DNA of 64,000 nucleotides from Octopus bimaculoides (Eukaryota), in contig NC_068984.1 of NCBI RefSeq assembly GCF_001194135.2, positions 99,848,023-99,912,022 of the forward strand. The letters run 5' to 3'. Shown here one piece after another: positions 39,073 through 53,560 of this stretch (positions are counted from its first letter, which is position 1; each line of letters starts with the position of its first letter). The notes under the pieces are model-generated. The model made no database searches. It was not told the origin of the DNA and worked only from the letters and a program-made list of their open reading frames with translations. A program made the translations under genes and the position numbers.

Positions 39073-39370
39073 ACTTTTCTATAGATTATTTTGTTTACCT
39101 ACATATCTGTCTCTTACTATATCCACCTACTCACCCTTCTTTCTTCTCCCCACCTTTCTCTCTCTACATGTTGAATAAAACTCTGAAGAATTATGGAGTG
39201 AATCATTTTTATATAAATAAATAAATTCTACTGCATGTTCTGAGTACTTTTTCCATGCTTCTAACAGTAAAAGCATGTGCATGTACGCATCTATCTATCT
39301 TGCCATACACCTCTTTATCAGTTTATCACCTAACCGTCTATCCACCTACCTATCTACATGACAGTGCCCA

Positions 39371-39432
<62 letters not shown>

Positions 39433-39782
39433 CTAATCTCTCCATCTATGTATCCACATACACGCACACGCACACGCACACCCACATGTATATATATCCA
39501 TCAATCTACTTGCCTCTCTATCTATCTATCCACACGTCTGTCTATCAGTCTGTCTGCCTGTCTGTCTTTCTGTTTATCTTTCTATGTTTTTCTCTTTCTG
39601 CTTATCTATTTATATATCTCTTTAATCACCTACCTACGTAACTGTCTGTCTGTCTACATGTAAGTATGTATGCATTATGTATATATGTATTTATCTGTCA
39701 GTCTGTTTGTCTATCTGTCTGTCTGTCTGTCTGTCTGTATGTATGTATGTATGTATGTATGTATGTATCTATCTATCTATCT

Positions 39783-39815
<33 letters not shown>

Positions 39816-39845
39816 CACCTACCTGTCTACCTACCTACCTATAAA
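38880..39845. repeat. (TATC)n/(TGTC)n/(TATG)n microsatellite complex
   Basis: Several tetranucleotide runs. Confidence 0.95.
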
Positions 39846-40043
39846 CAATTATCAGAAGGCTATTTACAGTGTTATGTGGACTTAAAGACAGTGGTAGCAG
39901 TGGTGAGAGGTGAGAGACGTAGTTCCTGCTTACATAAGGAGGAGCCCAGTCAGTAGTGGACAGTACTTATATCATCAGCTGGATCACAAAGAGAGAAAGA
40001 AAGAAATAGTAGTTGCATGTGTGTGTGTACGCACGCGCATGCT

Positions 40044-40046
<3 letters not shown>

Positions 40047-40110
<64 letters not shown>
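40047..40110. repeat. (GA)n microsatellite
   Basis: Perfect run. Confidence 0.99.
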
Positions 40111-40115
<5 letters not shown>

Positions 40116-43089
40116 TGAGAGGAAGACAGAGATGGGTAGGCTGGGTAGGGGGTGGGTGATTTGAGAAATAGTGAAAGTACATGAAGAGATATTCTGAGAT
40201 GGTTTAAAAGATGTGGAAAAGTTATGATCTCTGGGCTCACTGCTGCTACCGAGGTAAGCAATATTTGTCGTTATTGTTTACTTATAAATAGACGTAGACA
40301 AGTAATCATAATAATGGTAATAATAATTCCTAACATTGGTTCAAGGCCAGGAATTTATTTTCTTCCTTAGTTTGGTAGTGTAGTCCCTGTACATTGACTC
40401 CCAGTTTATGATTGATTTTTAAAATTGTTATTAGACTCTGGATAGCTGAGAGGCAAGGTTAATCTCAGTAAAAAAAAAACTAGCTAAATACTGGCCAATC
40501 CTTTTGACTGTCACCCTTCCAATTTTGCCATTCACTGGCATTTTGTCTGGTGCTCTTCCAACTTTGCCATCCACTACCTTCCATTTTGTCCTCCACTCAA
40601 CCAATCTAATCTTGTCAAATCTGTTTGTCACTGTCATTATTACAGTAATTGTCCTTCTGGGGCATTATGTTTTAGAAAAGAGAGTGTAGTCAGTTATATT
40701 AACCCAAATATTTAATTTTAAAAAGAACTTAATTTTATTGACTCCACTGAAGAATCAAAGGCAAAGTTGATGTGAATGAGATTTGAAATCAGAATGTGAA
40801 GAGATGTAACTAAATACCATATTTTTCTGACACTGCCTGGTCTGCCAATACACCTGACACTCAACTACAACAACAGTAATTGTTGTTATTGTACACAAGG
40901 CTGGCAATTTTGAGAGGAAGGTGTTTGCTGGTTACATAAGCCTCAGTACCTTATTTTATCAACCAGCATTCATCACTGCATGGTGGTTGTTTCCCCTTGA
41001 TTTTACTTGATTGAGCGCACATGGTGGGAAACTGACTAACATAGTGATGGATCAACGATTGTCTTGTAATATACACATCATCATCGTCATTATCATCATC
41101 ATCATCATCAATGTACACACATGTTTCCATATTGACATGGATTGGTCTCATTGCATCTTATGACACACACACAACAACAGAAATAAACTCAACCAATTCC
41201 ACTGTCATGTTTTTGTTATACTTTCTGCTTGATTTTTACAGTTAGTTGCCCTTCTTATCACCAACCGCTTTACAGTATAGACAGAGTGTATTATATTGGG
41301 CTACCAACACAAGAGAGGTTGTTTGCAATGGGACAATGAGTGCTCTCTATTCCTCTGTTTGTTCAGTCTCATTTTTAGTATGCAATTTATAACTGATAAC
41401 TTTCTTTTCACTGATACCTCTGGGTGCATTTCACTTGCACTAGAGCAGTTATCAGTGTAAAGTCTAAAGAGTCTGCTCTACCTTCTTTGAGATGCTCTTC
41501 ATTCAGAGTTACTGCTCAAGGTGTTTGTTCAGAGTGTCCAGTCTCGTGCAGACTACCTTCACTAAAGATGAGATATATATTCTCATTCATGTTAGGAGAG
41601 TTTTACTCACCAAGGGCCTGAAAACGGTAGCATAAGATCACTGGCATAAAGGTTGTTTCTGTTATATAGAATAGTGGAGTTTATAGGGATAGTTTCAAAA
41701 TGAAGCTGTTGCCATAGTGTTAGATTGTTTAGCTACAAAGGTATGTTTATTCTGATTGTCTAATATACTTTGTGGAAATTGATGGTGATTTATGTTACCA
41801 AAAAATAGATGGTCATTGTTCTGTAAATTATGATCTCAAAATAGTGTTGTACAATTTGTTATTTCTATTTTGCTATATTGGGAATCTTAGAAATAATTCT
41901 AATTAATTAATCATGAAATAATCGTGAAATATTGATAATATCTTAGCTGATCATTGAAGTTCCTATTCCATCTGTTTAATGGGCATTGATTGAGAAAAGT
42001 GAAGGTTCTGTGTTTTACAGTTCAGAGGTAAACAGTTTCCTGTATAGGACAGAAAAACCAACTGTTGTAATATTCTAATCTAGCATATTTCAGTATGAAA
42101 GGGAACTCTATGAAGGTTAGAATCTTCAAATCTTAAACTTAATATCTGTAGTAGTCTTATTCATTATGTCAACTTCTCACCTAATTTGTTTCTTCACAGT
42201 CTCAGATCTAATAAAACACCACCTGTCCAACTCCACACATAGATAAATATACGAAGTCAAAAGCTTTAAATGTAGCAACTTCTGTTGTTATTACAGTCAG
42301 TTGACTTGAACTAAGATATTACTGGTACTTATTTTTATCAGCCCAAGAGAAATGACAGATAGAAATTAACGAGGGCTGGAATTGAATTCAGAATGTAAAA
42401 GCACTTAACCAAATAAATAGTACAAAGAATTTTGTCCAACACTGACTATTTTGTCAGCATCTGCTCTATAAATGATGTTTGCAGGCTTAATGGTAATCTC
42501 AATTTTCTGATGAATCACAGTGAAATACATTCTTGTTAATGTTGTAAAGGTCAATTTGTATCCATTATACACAATTGCTATGCAATGTTAATTGCTGCCA
42601 CCTGACTAATTTACTGAAATGATTAAAAACAAAAAATAATAAAAAAGAATAACAGGAATTAATATGAAACCAAATATCAACGATTTCTAACAAAAACACA
42701 CAGCTGGAAATATTGGGTTGAAAGGGAACAAGTTATCTTTATCCCAGTGCATGACTGGTACTGGCAGTGGTTCCTCAGTTTTTCTAAGCCCTGTAAAAGA
42801 ACTTAAAAGGTTGGGCCTCCAAGTAGGCCTTTTGCAATACCATTAAAGCCAGGAAATTTTCAGCACCCCCCTCATAAGTAGTGTGTTCTTGGATATTTAA
42901 CGACAGTGCATAGCTGCTGATGGTGCTACAAGCAGAGTTGAGATGTGTAGCATGTTTACAGTCATATTACGTATATACACATAAAGTTTACATTTGTCAC
43001 AACATACACTGTTGGCCAAAATACCAATAGATATGTTCTACAGTATATTATGGCAATGAAACAAAACACTGTCAACACATCTGTAATTT

Positions 43090-43640
43090 GGTCTCACATT
43101 TTGGCACAAAGCCAGCAATTTCTGGGGAGTGGGTAAGTTGATTTCATCTACCCCAGTGTTCAACTACTATTTATTTTATTGACCCCTGGAAGGATGCAAG
43201 GCAAAGTTGACTTCAGTGGAATTCAAACTCAACATAGAGATGGGCAAAATGCATTTTGTCCAGTACGCTAACAATCCTAAGCTTGCTGCCTTAGTATTGA
43301 TTTCACATTTTGGCACAAGGGCAGTGATTTCGGGCAAAAGGGTAAATCAATTACATTGACCCTCAATGGTACTTATGATGATGATGATGAAGATGAAGAT
43401 GAGGATGGTAGTGGTGGTGCTGCTGGTAGTGGTGGTGCTGCTGGTAGTGGTGGTGCTGCTGGTAGTGGTATGTTGACCTGTTGGATGACAGATCATTAAT
43501 TCCCGTACTTATTTTATCAACCCTGAAAGGATGAAAGCCAAAGTCGACCTTGGCAGAATTTGAACTCAGAATGTAGAGACAGATAAAATGCCACTAAGCT
43601 TTTTCCCCAGCTTGCTAACAATTCTGCCAGCCCACCTCCT
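43090..43640 (-). mobile_element. Cluster of family B SINE copies, one interrupted by a 129-bp insert
   Basis: ttttggcacaa.gccagcaattt...gaaggatg.aaggcaaagttgac repeated; insert 43376-43504 flanked by gtactta on both sides. Confidence 0.75.
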
Positions 43641-44619
43641 TGAATGCACTTGTAATTTAATATGTAGTTAGGACCAAATTTCATGAGGGGATATCTAGTT
43701 CAGGATCAATCACCCATGTACATATCTAGGGATTAAAACAGACCCTGATCGCATTGAAACAGTGTAAATAAAAATATTGCAAATATACACTCTAAAGATG
43801 GGGTTAATAGTCTGAAAATTTTAATCTTAATAAACATGGGATGTTTTCTGTTGGGCTTGAAGGGGTGAGAGTAGTTTGGTAGGTACACAAGAGGAGGGAG
43901 TTGGTTGTTCCAGTAGAGTGTGTGTGTATCTGAGTTAGGAGCCTAGTTTTAGGGTAAATATTTTCTCTGAAATTGATTATAATTTTGCTGTTACTTATTA
44001 AGTTTTCCTATATCTCTGTGTTTCCCTTTGAATGTTTACTTTATTGTTGATTCTGAGAAGGAACTGGGTGGTATGTAAACCACCACCACTACCACCACCA
44101 ACAACAACAACTAAAACTTCAACTCTGAAAGTACTGCCACCATCAACATCCCTACTATTCCCAACACCACTACCACCACTGTTAACTCCACCACTGCCAT
44201 TATCAATACCACTTTCGCCACCCCTACCTCCACCATCACCACCATCAGGATACATTTTATTTGATGTTTGTTTTCCAGAAGGTTCAATGAGGAAGTGACA
44301 GGATGTGAATTAATGATCTTTCATCCAACAGGTCAACATATCACTACCAGCAGCCCCACCACCACCATCCTCATCCTCCTCATCATCATCATTATATAGT
44401 CAGTTGGTAAATATAAGCTCTGTAGAGGTCAAGAGATTATTTTTAGTTCATATGAAAATGTGTGAGATTTTGTTGACCTTTCAGTTTGACTGGATGCAAA
44501 GTCTCCTATATATTTGAAGAAACCAGAGGATGATGTAGTTTTCAGATACACTATGTTTGACAAGCAAGATGAATTGGTTGATAGTCATGGCTGAAATGTT
44601 TTGGGACTCCAAAGTGGAA

Positions 44620-44930
44620 CCTGTTGCCATGGTGACACAGGAAAAGCACCTGTGCCAGTGACATGTAATAGGCTCCTGTGCCAGTGACACATAAAAGGTA
44701 TCTATTCCAGTGACATGTAAAAGGCACCTCTGCTGGTGACACATAAAAGACACTCATTACACTCTGTGGAGTGGTTGGCATTAAGAACATCCAGCTGTAG
44801 AAACCAAGCCAAAACAGACTGGAGCCTGGTGCAGCTCTCTGGCTTACCAGCCCCAATCAAACCATCTTACCCATGCAAGCATGGAAAACGGATGCTAAAT
44901 ATTGACAATGACACTGATGATGATGATGGT
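44620..44930 (+). mobile_element. RTE 3' UTR fragment
   Basis: Repeated gtgccagtgacac.taaaag units, catccagctgtagaaacc, acccatgcaagcatggaaaacggatg tail. Confidence 0.75.
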
Positions 44931-46319
44931 AATAGATGTATTTTACATGTAAAATATCATTAAATGCTGCAATGACCAAAGTAGAAATGGTAGCACAAGT
45001 GGTGATTTTAATTAATTATTGTTTATGAGAGGGTGGAGTATTTGTTGCAAGGGTGTACCCTTCACATGATTTATGACATTCTTCTTGTTTATATCATATC
45101 TGCTTAATGGTATCATGTCTCTGTAGTTCTTTCACATCTCCCTACACATTGTTGTATCTCCCTTGTAATCATATCTCTTTTATTGTTTTATTATAACTCC
45201 ATTGTTGTTATCATGTCTTCTTAATTCTGTCATAATTCTCTAGTCATCATCATCATATGTCCCAAGTATTATTAAATGTCCCTATTGATAACATATCTCA
45301 ATAATCATTATCATACCTTAAAGTGGTGAGTTGGCAGAATCACTAGTATGCTAGACAAAATGCTGCTAAGCATTTGTTTGAAGCATTTTGTCTGTCATTA
45401 CATTCTGTGTTCAAATTCCACCTGGGTCAACTTTACCTTTCATCCTTTCAGGGTTAATAAAATAAGTACCAGTTATGTACTGTGATTGACGTAATTAACT
45501 TATCCCCACTGCTGAACTTGTTGGCCTTGTGCCAAAATTTGAAACCACTAAATATTACCATACCTTATCAACAATGTGATATCTCCATATTCCTTATCAA
45601 AGATCCCAAGTGATAATATGTCTCCTGTGTTTCTATCGTATATACCTAGTCGTTACTAGATCACCCTAGTTATTATAGTATCTTCCTTGCTGTTGTGATA
45701 TCATATCTCATATGATATATCTCTCAAATTATATCAGATAGCCCTAAATATTATCATATCTGCCTTGTGATATCAAATGTTTCAAGTAATGTCATATTCC
45801 CTTCACCAATATCATTTGTCCTTAGACAATATATGTCCATCTGATCATCATCATTGTTTTATGGTCCACTTTTCATAGGCAAGATGAGATTTCATTGAGA
45901 CCGGTATTTTCGTGGCCAGAAGTTCTTTCTATTGTTCAACCCTTACCTTTGCAAGGTAATAATTCCTTCAGTGTATTGAACAACAAACAGCTCAGATATG
46001 CTTCCATGACAGATTGTAAACAACTGAAACCAGCTGCATGAATAGTGACTCTTGTTTAGTCAGTGCACACATGTCAAAGCAAGAGGAATAAACAATCATG
46101 CACACACACACACACACACACAGAGTATGTGTCTACGTGCATGCATATACATACATGCAAGGGTTTCTTCCAGTTTCTGTCAACTAAATTTCAATTCCAA
46201 AGTATTTGTCAACCTGAAGCTATAGTGGAAGACCCCAGCCAACACTGTTTGCTTGTACAGTGGGAGTAAACCCCAGAGCACATGTCTCTAAAGCAACCTT
46301 CTTAATCACACTGCTATTC

Positions 46320-46730
46320 TTTTATTCTCTTATTCCTTTACTCGTTTCAGTCATTACACTGCGGTCATGCTGGGGCACTGCTTTAAAGAATGTTTTTGTC
46401 AAATGAATCAATCCCAGTATTTATCTTTTATACCTGGTACTTATTCTGTTGGTTTCTTTTGCTGAACTGCTAAGTTATGGGGACATGAACACACCAACAT
46501 CAGTTGTCAAGCATTAGTGGGGGACAAATACAGACACACACACACACACACACATTATATATGTACAATGGGCTTCTTTCAGTTTCTGTCTACCAAATTC
46601 ACTCGCCAGACTTTGGTCAGCCCTAGGCTATAGTAGAAGACACTTTTCCAAGGTGCCACGTAGTGGGACTGAACTCAGAACCATGTGATCGAGAAGCAAA
46701 CTTCTTACTCCTCAGCCATGCCTGCACCTA
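46320..46730 (-). mobile_element. Full-length SINE family A
   Basis: Contains the 3' tail, the central (CA)n, ttctttcagtttctgtctacc and the tRNA-like head (gggactgaactc...cagccatgcctgcacct). Confidence 0.88.
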
Positions 46731-48150
46731 TGTCTGGTATGTCTCTATCATCTGAAGGTGCCATAGGAGAATCTGCCAATGAGGAACATGCTAAATACAA
46801 ACATAGAAAAATATATTAATTTGTCAAATCACTCTCTACAAGAACAACAGCAACATCACATTGAACAGGAAGAGATGTGGTTTCTCATTCAGCTAGAAAT
46901 AACAGCTATACCTTCTTTGTATCACACCCTTATTATCTTAGGAAAAGAAAAGAAAGAACAGCTAGGATAGAATGACAGAATAATTGGTTCCAATATGTCG
47001 CATAAGGCCTGAAATTTGGGGAGAAGTTAACCAATGAAATTGGCCTCAATATATGATAGGTACATTATTTTATTAACCCCTAACGAAAGGATGAAAGGCA
47101 AAGTTGATGTTGGTAAGATTTGAACTCAGAATGTAAAGACTTGAACAAATATTACAAGGCATTTTTTTCCCCAAGTTCTATTGATTCTGCCAGTCTGCCA
47201 CTCTTACACTATGACAATATTAAAAGGTAAAGCTTTACTGTCTGGAATATCTTCAGTCATTTGATCATCAGCTTGTTGGATCACGTCTGACCTAGAGCTA
47301 AACAACAACAACAACAGGAACTACAGAGGCCACTGTTCTCCTTTACCAGGTCAAGGTTTTGCTCTGACTGTATCTACAGTGAAGACTTCATTATTACCTA
47401 CTTTCATCCCATATCCCTCCCATGTACACATATCAATTCCTATTTGTCAACTCTCCCCCTATCCTCCCCGCCACCACCACTGGTCTCATTTGTCACTTGA
47501 TTCCTCTTCCCTCTCCCTCAATAATTGCTAGTAATCCTCCTGCCAATGACGAAAGAGTGTAGTGTGAAGGGGTATTGTTTTGTTGTCTAGTTTGATTGTT
47601 ACACTCTTTTAGTAGTTTGGAGTTTGTTTCACTTCCATTTTGGACTGCCATTTTGTCTCATGCAGTGGCATTGTCCTTTTGCCATTCTACCTACAACATG
47701 AATATGACACTAGCATTACTTCAACTCCCACCCAACACCATCATCACCATTAATATATGCTTCCACAAACAATACCTCCAACTCCACCACCACCACACAC
47801 CAAATATAATTACCATCAATAATAATAGGTGCAGGCATGGCAGTGTTGTAAGAAGTTTTGCTTACCAACAACATGGTTCCAGATGGTTCTTGATTCAGAC
47901 CTACTACACCTTGTGCAAATGTCTTCTACTATAGCCTCAGGTTGACCAATTCCTTGTGAGTGGATTTGGTAGAAGGAAACTGAAAGATGCCCATAGTTTA
48001 TATGTATACATCTATGTGCATGTATGTTGATGCAATCAGGAAAAATAGAACTCAAAATATGAATATATGTATATTTTTCCATTAATATTTAGCAGAAGCA
48101 ACAGAGTGACAAAGGGCTGAGAATTTCATGCATTGACACTTATCAAACTA

Positions 48151-49160
48151 TTAAATTGTTCTGAAATTAATGGCTGCTCTAGGTGTTGCGTTTTGAAACG
48201 CAATTTTATCATAGTATTTTAATTACATTTTAGGTGAATTTCAACATACTTAATAATTGATGGATTCTCTGTAGTTATTTTCTACTTATTTCAAACAGAA
48301 AACATTCTTGAAGCATAGGCACCCTTAATTATGAACATGACAAAAAAGGACCTTTGCTTACTTTTCTTGCATGAGTTCAAGCTTGGGCATGATGCCTCCC
48401 AAACTGCTGCTAATAGCAACAAAACATGGGGAGAAGGGTCCACAAGTGATCGCACAGTACAAAGGTGGTTTCAGAAATTCCATAATGGGGATGAGAGCCT
48501 TGAAGACGAAGAAGGTAGAGGACGGTCATGCAGTCTTGACAATGAACAATTGAAAGTGGATCCTTTATGATAACCATAAATGATCAGGTCAATGGCTTGA
48601 TTGTGACGAGTCCCCCAAACATTCCCCAAAGCCAAAGCTGCATCAGCAAAAGATTATGGTGACTGTCTGATGGTCTGCAATAGGTGCTGTCCATTACAGC
48701 TTTCTGGAAGCCAATCAGAGCATTACAGCAAAGGCTTACTGCAATAAACTCACTGAAATGCATGCTCACTTGCAAAAAATGAGACTTGCATTGGTGAATT
48801 GGCATGGCCCAATTCTGCTCCACAACAATGCAAAGCCACATGTTACAAGAATGACACTCACAGACTTAGGATATGGGACTACCACATCCTCCATATTCTC
48901 CTGATCTTTCACCCACTGACAACCATTTTTTCAAACATTTAAACACATCTTTAAGTGATAAAACTTTCAGGTCCAAACCAGAGGTGGAATCAGCTTTCAA
49001 AGATTTCTTAGCATGAAAGACATAAATAATTTCGTTGATCAATGGCAGAGATGCATAGATATTCATGGCTTGTACTTTGACTAATCAAAACATTTCTATT
49101 GTTAATTTTTCCAGAATAAAATTGTTTCTGAAATTGGCCATTATTTTCAGAACAACCTAA
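48151..49160 (+). mobile_element. Mariner (Hsmar1/cecropia-like) transposon, internally deleted
   Basis: TA-flanked TIRs ttaaattgttctgaaattaatggc / gccattattttcagaacaacctaa; HEFKLGH..SQTA..WGE...TVQRWFQKF, LYDN..SGQWLD..E.PKH.PKPKLHQQK, ILLHNNAKPH, HPPYSPDLSPTD; the first catalytic Asp region is deleted. Confidence 0.93.
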
Positions 49161-49229
49161 TAGTTTGGTAAGTGCCAATGCACAAAACTCTTGGACCTTG
49201 AGTCACTCTGTTGCTTCTGCTAAATATCA

Positions 49230-49416
49230 NNNNNNNNNNNNNNNNNNNNNNNNNNNNNNNNNNNNNNNNNNNNNNNNNNNNNNNNNNNNNNNNNNNNNNN
49301 NNNNNNNNNNNNNNNNNNNNNNNNNNNNNNNNNNNNNNNNNNNNNNNNNNNNNNNNNNNNNNNNNNNNNNNNNNNNNNNNNNNNNNNNNNNNNNNNNNNN
49401 NNNNNNNNNNNNNNNN
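49230..49416. other. Assembly gap
   Basis: 187 N. Confidence 1.
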
Positions 49417-50342
49417 TGTGTGTGTGTGTGTGTGTATGTGTGTGTGTGTGTGTGACTTTGTGTTTGTCCTCACCATCACTTGACAACTGGTGTTAGTTTA
49501 CATCCCTGTAACTTTGCAGTTCAGTAAAAAGTGACCAATAGAATAAATACCAGGCAAAAAAATAAATAAATGAATATAAGTACTGAGGCTGATCTGACTT
49601 AGCCATTTAAGTTCAAGTGATTGAAACAAGTAAAAGATAAAGGCTAGAAAGATACCACTACCACGAACACTACTACCAACACCATCATTAATGTATCACT
49701 AACACAGATCACTACCTCCAACACCACACAACATTATCACTACCAACAACACAACCAACAAACAACCTCACCACCACCAATATTAAAACTTACAGTACAT
49801 CACTACCACTGCAGCCATCACCACCACCACTGTTACAATAACACTACCACTACTAGTGTCTTTATCACTAGCATAGCTAGGGGAGGGGCAGTAGGGGCGA
49901 TCTGCTCTGGGCAGCACTTTTGGGCAGTTTGCTGTAGGCAATATGTGTTTTTTGTGGGATCCAGGAGCAGCAAACAGAAGGGCCACTCCAGTGGTCTTTA
50001 TGACAACCTACAACCATCACCTCTACCACTATGATATCATTAATACACAACTACATCTCTTTTCTTTATACAGTGTTGGTGTTGGCAGTGGTGACATACA
50101 AAAAGGGGTGGAGGATCATAACCTGGTGTCTGTGTGTGTATGGAGGAGAGGGATCTCACTATCTCTGGAATAGATAGCATTAATTAAGTTCCCAATTATA
50201 TTGTCATAATGTTTTTAACAATAATAATGATAATAATAGCAATAATAATAATAATAATAACAACAGCAGTTATAATTTCTGTTTACTCTTCACTCTTAAT
50301 TACAATAAACACCTCTCTCTCTCTCTTTCTCTCTCTCATACA

Positions 50343-50378
<36 letters not shown>

Positions 50379-50626
50379 TCTCTACTACTACCAATGTCTA
50401 AATTCTACCTATTTCCTGTCCTTCTTAGTTGTTTTGTCAGACATAAACACACAACTTTTCTCTTCCCTAGCGCAAGGACTTTGTTCTAAACACCACAAAC
50501 TTCCCCTAAAAACAGCATCTCAACTTCAGTAAATTTTTTTATAGCAGCATATAATATAATAATATAATATAATATAATATAATATGTAATAAGATGTGAC
50601 ATAATATATGATATGATATATTATAG

Positions 50627-51225
50627 GCTAGAGAGGAATGAGGCTAGTATGCTCCACTGGATAAGTAATGTAGGTGTATGAGAATTTAGGTATAAGAGAA
50701 ATTAGATGTAAGAGAGAAGATTACACTGGTTTGGCCATGTGATGCGGATGATGTCAACAGCTCCATAAAGAAGTGCCAGTCTCTCAAAATAGATAGAACA
50801 TGTGGAAGAGGGAGACCCAGGAAGACATGTGATGACTTCAGAACGATGAACCTTTCAGGCGAGATGACAAAGGACTGAAATACCTGGCACGTTACTGTAC
50901 CCAAAAGAGCATATACTCCATAGTAGGAGTGTTAAGGCCACTATCCTGGTGAAGAGGATTGGTTTGCAAGAATCCTGTGTCAGTGCCACGTAAAAAGTAC
51001 ACATGCAAGTACCACATAAAAGTGCTCGTGCAGTGCCATGTTAAAAGCATCCAGCACACATTTGTGAAGTAATTGGCATTAGGATGGGCATCCAACCATA
51101 GAAACCATGCCAAATCAGACTGGTACCTGGTGTGTCTCTGGCTAGCCAGCTATGGTCAAACCATCCAGCCCATACCAGTATGGAAAATGGACATTGAATG
51201 ATGATGATGATGAATATAATATCAA
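50627..51225 (+). mobile_element. RTE LINE 3' end (ORF C-terminus, 3' UTR, GAT tail)
   Basis: RLERNEASMLHW...RRLHWFGHVMRM...CGRGRPRKT followed by the RTE UTR and gatgatgat. Confidence 0.85.
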
Positions 51226-51584
51226 CATACAGACACTGTTGTATGCCCTTTTCTGTAAAAGTTTGTGGATATGGATTCCTTCTCTGTGATTTTGAGTTTG
51301 AAATCTAATAGAGATAAGAGACTGGTGTTATCAGAGTGCTCTACTTCAAAATTTATGTAACCACATACAAATTAATTGTAGCAATCAGTCAGTGACCATG
51401 CAAAACAGCTGTAAAGATATGAATTGGTTCTATGAGTCTATTGTATAAATTGTATGTAACTTTTTAAGTCAACATATTCCTTTTGCCCGATAAGATTTGT
51501 CTGTCTTTCTGTGTATATACATAAATAAATACACACACACACATATAAGTATATAGCACACACACAAACATAAACACATGATGT

Positions 51585-53560
51585 ATACATCATTTTTATG
51601 TTAGCTTTCTCTGTTGGCATGGGTTGGATGGTTTGATAATTTGGGCATGGTCTCTAAGGCTGAATGTGTTTACTAATACCAACCAATTTGCAGGGTATAC
51701 TGGGTTCTCTTTTCATGGAACCGGCGCTAGCGAGGCTGCTCTGTAAATCACAAGACTAAAAGAACCCTCCAGCTGAAAGGAGGAATAGGATAGAGAGTGA
51801 TGACTTTAGGAGGGATGTTGAGAGGACAGTGAATCATGTTCTGCTCAGACATTTCAGTTTGTGCATGGTTTCTACAGCTTCCTAACTCTTCCTAACTCCA
51901 ATGACTTTACAAGAGTGTACTAGTTGCATGAATACCTGAGAGAATGTCATGCTTCCCATCAAGACCAAAGAGTCTTCTCAACCTTGTGTTATCTCTTCTT
52001 GATTTGCCAACCACTTCTAGAGATACTCCTGGGCAATTTGAGAAAAACTTTTTCCCATATGCTCTTAATGTTCATTGAATCTGCCATTTACTAAGCCTGC
52101 ATTCTCTGTTAACCTATTTATGATACCACTGCACTTTTTGTGTGTCCATAACTTATACTAGGCACACCATGTGAAATTTTTATCTACTTGTTTTCCAAAT
52201 ATTGAGCAAAGCCATTTCCATAATGGAAGCAGCATCCTATCTGTTCTCCTACTCACTAATAATACATTAATCTTTAAGTTAAATTTGAGGCCCTTTGATT
52301 CCAGGTTTTGTTCCATATCTGGAATTTCTTTTGTAATTCTGCTACAGATTTAGCTTGAAGAATGAGTGTACAGGCACCCTGTCTTAAACTCTTCTGTTAC
52401 AAACTGGAATACTATGATAGAAGGGGATTGAGAACTGAATCCTGGTGGGCCTACCTGCACACTAAATTCATTACTGTATGAGGAGATGACTCTCCCCATG
52501 TTGACTACAGCTCTGTACATTGCTTGTAATACTTTCATAAACCATTCATCTACTCCCAGCTTTCTCATTGACCACCAGATCACCAAGTAAGGAATTCTAT
52601 TGAGAGTATTCTCCAAGTTTTATGGAATGCTAGGTACAGTGATTTACTCCTAGCAAAATATTTCTGTAGCTGTCTCACTTGTAAGATAGCATTAGTATAC
52701 TTCTTCCTAACACAAAGTTGAACTAGCATCTCATCAAGGTTAACCTGTCATAATCAATTGAACTGTAACTCTTTCTGTAAATTTCATAGCCTGGTCCAAC
52801 AATTTGATACTCCTGTAATTACATCTCTCTTGGGGACCCATCTCTCCTTTGGGTGTCCATATAAGATTTTATTGTTAAATTTTATGTGTAATAAATTGGC
52901 TAACTTCTTACAATACTCAAAATATTTTAACAATTTTTATATAATTCCTTATAATATTTCGTTTTTGGATTTGGTTTGCAAGATTTTTTATGTGATTTCG
53001 TGTGTTGAAGCATATTCTGTTGTGTCTGACTATTGAAAAGGTTGCATGACACAACGAAAATTTTAGGAAAATAAAAATAATAAGTGGAAATTTTAACAGT
53101 GAGTGTGTTAAATTTTAAGGCACGATAAGAAAATGACTCTCCCCAGACACAACAGAATATCCTTATAATATTTAATTCTAAAAATATTTTCTGAAAAATT
53201 AAATGGCTATGGTGGTCCACCTGAGTAAAATAGGAATCAAAGGGCTGAGAATCATTGCTCTAAGGCATCTCCTTTATTTTTGTAACCACTGACTATAATG
53301 CTGCTACAGTAGTGACTGGGTATGACACCTTCCTGTAAAACTTGACTGACTCTATAGATGACTAGCCTATATGCTACTGTCAGATATTTTGAGTATCTCA
53401 GCAGTATTTCCTGAGGCATCAGGACTTTTCCCTCCCTTCATATCCTTAATTGCTTTATCTATCATACTGTTGTCAACTAGAATGGCTGGTCCTTCTGCTG
53501 GGTCTATACTTGGAAGACCTTTCTCTGATACATTCTCCAAATTCAACATCATTTAAAAAG
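51585..53560 (-). mobile_element. Degenerate RTE LINE (RT through 3' end) with an AT-rich insertion at ~52840-53240
   Basis: IDKAIKDMKGGKSPDASG.TAEILKI (53367-53552); NRIPYLVIWWSMRKLGVDEWFMKVLQAMY...EEFKTGC (52350-52616); NLESKGLKFN further down. Confidence 0.85.

Noticed and set aside
41611-41617. 7-nt minus-strand micro-exon between ttttcag and gtgagt
   Set aside because: The next acceptor gives a ~49-nt intron and stops in all frames.
42507-42535. CTGATGA...GAAA hammerhead-like match
   Set aside because: No credible stem I or stem II.
44032-44298. Pro/Thr-rich 88-aa ORF
   Set aside because: Derived from CCA/ACC low-complexity sequence, TTG start, no supporting signals.
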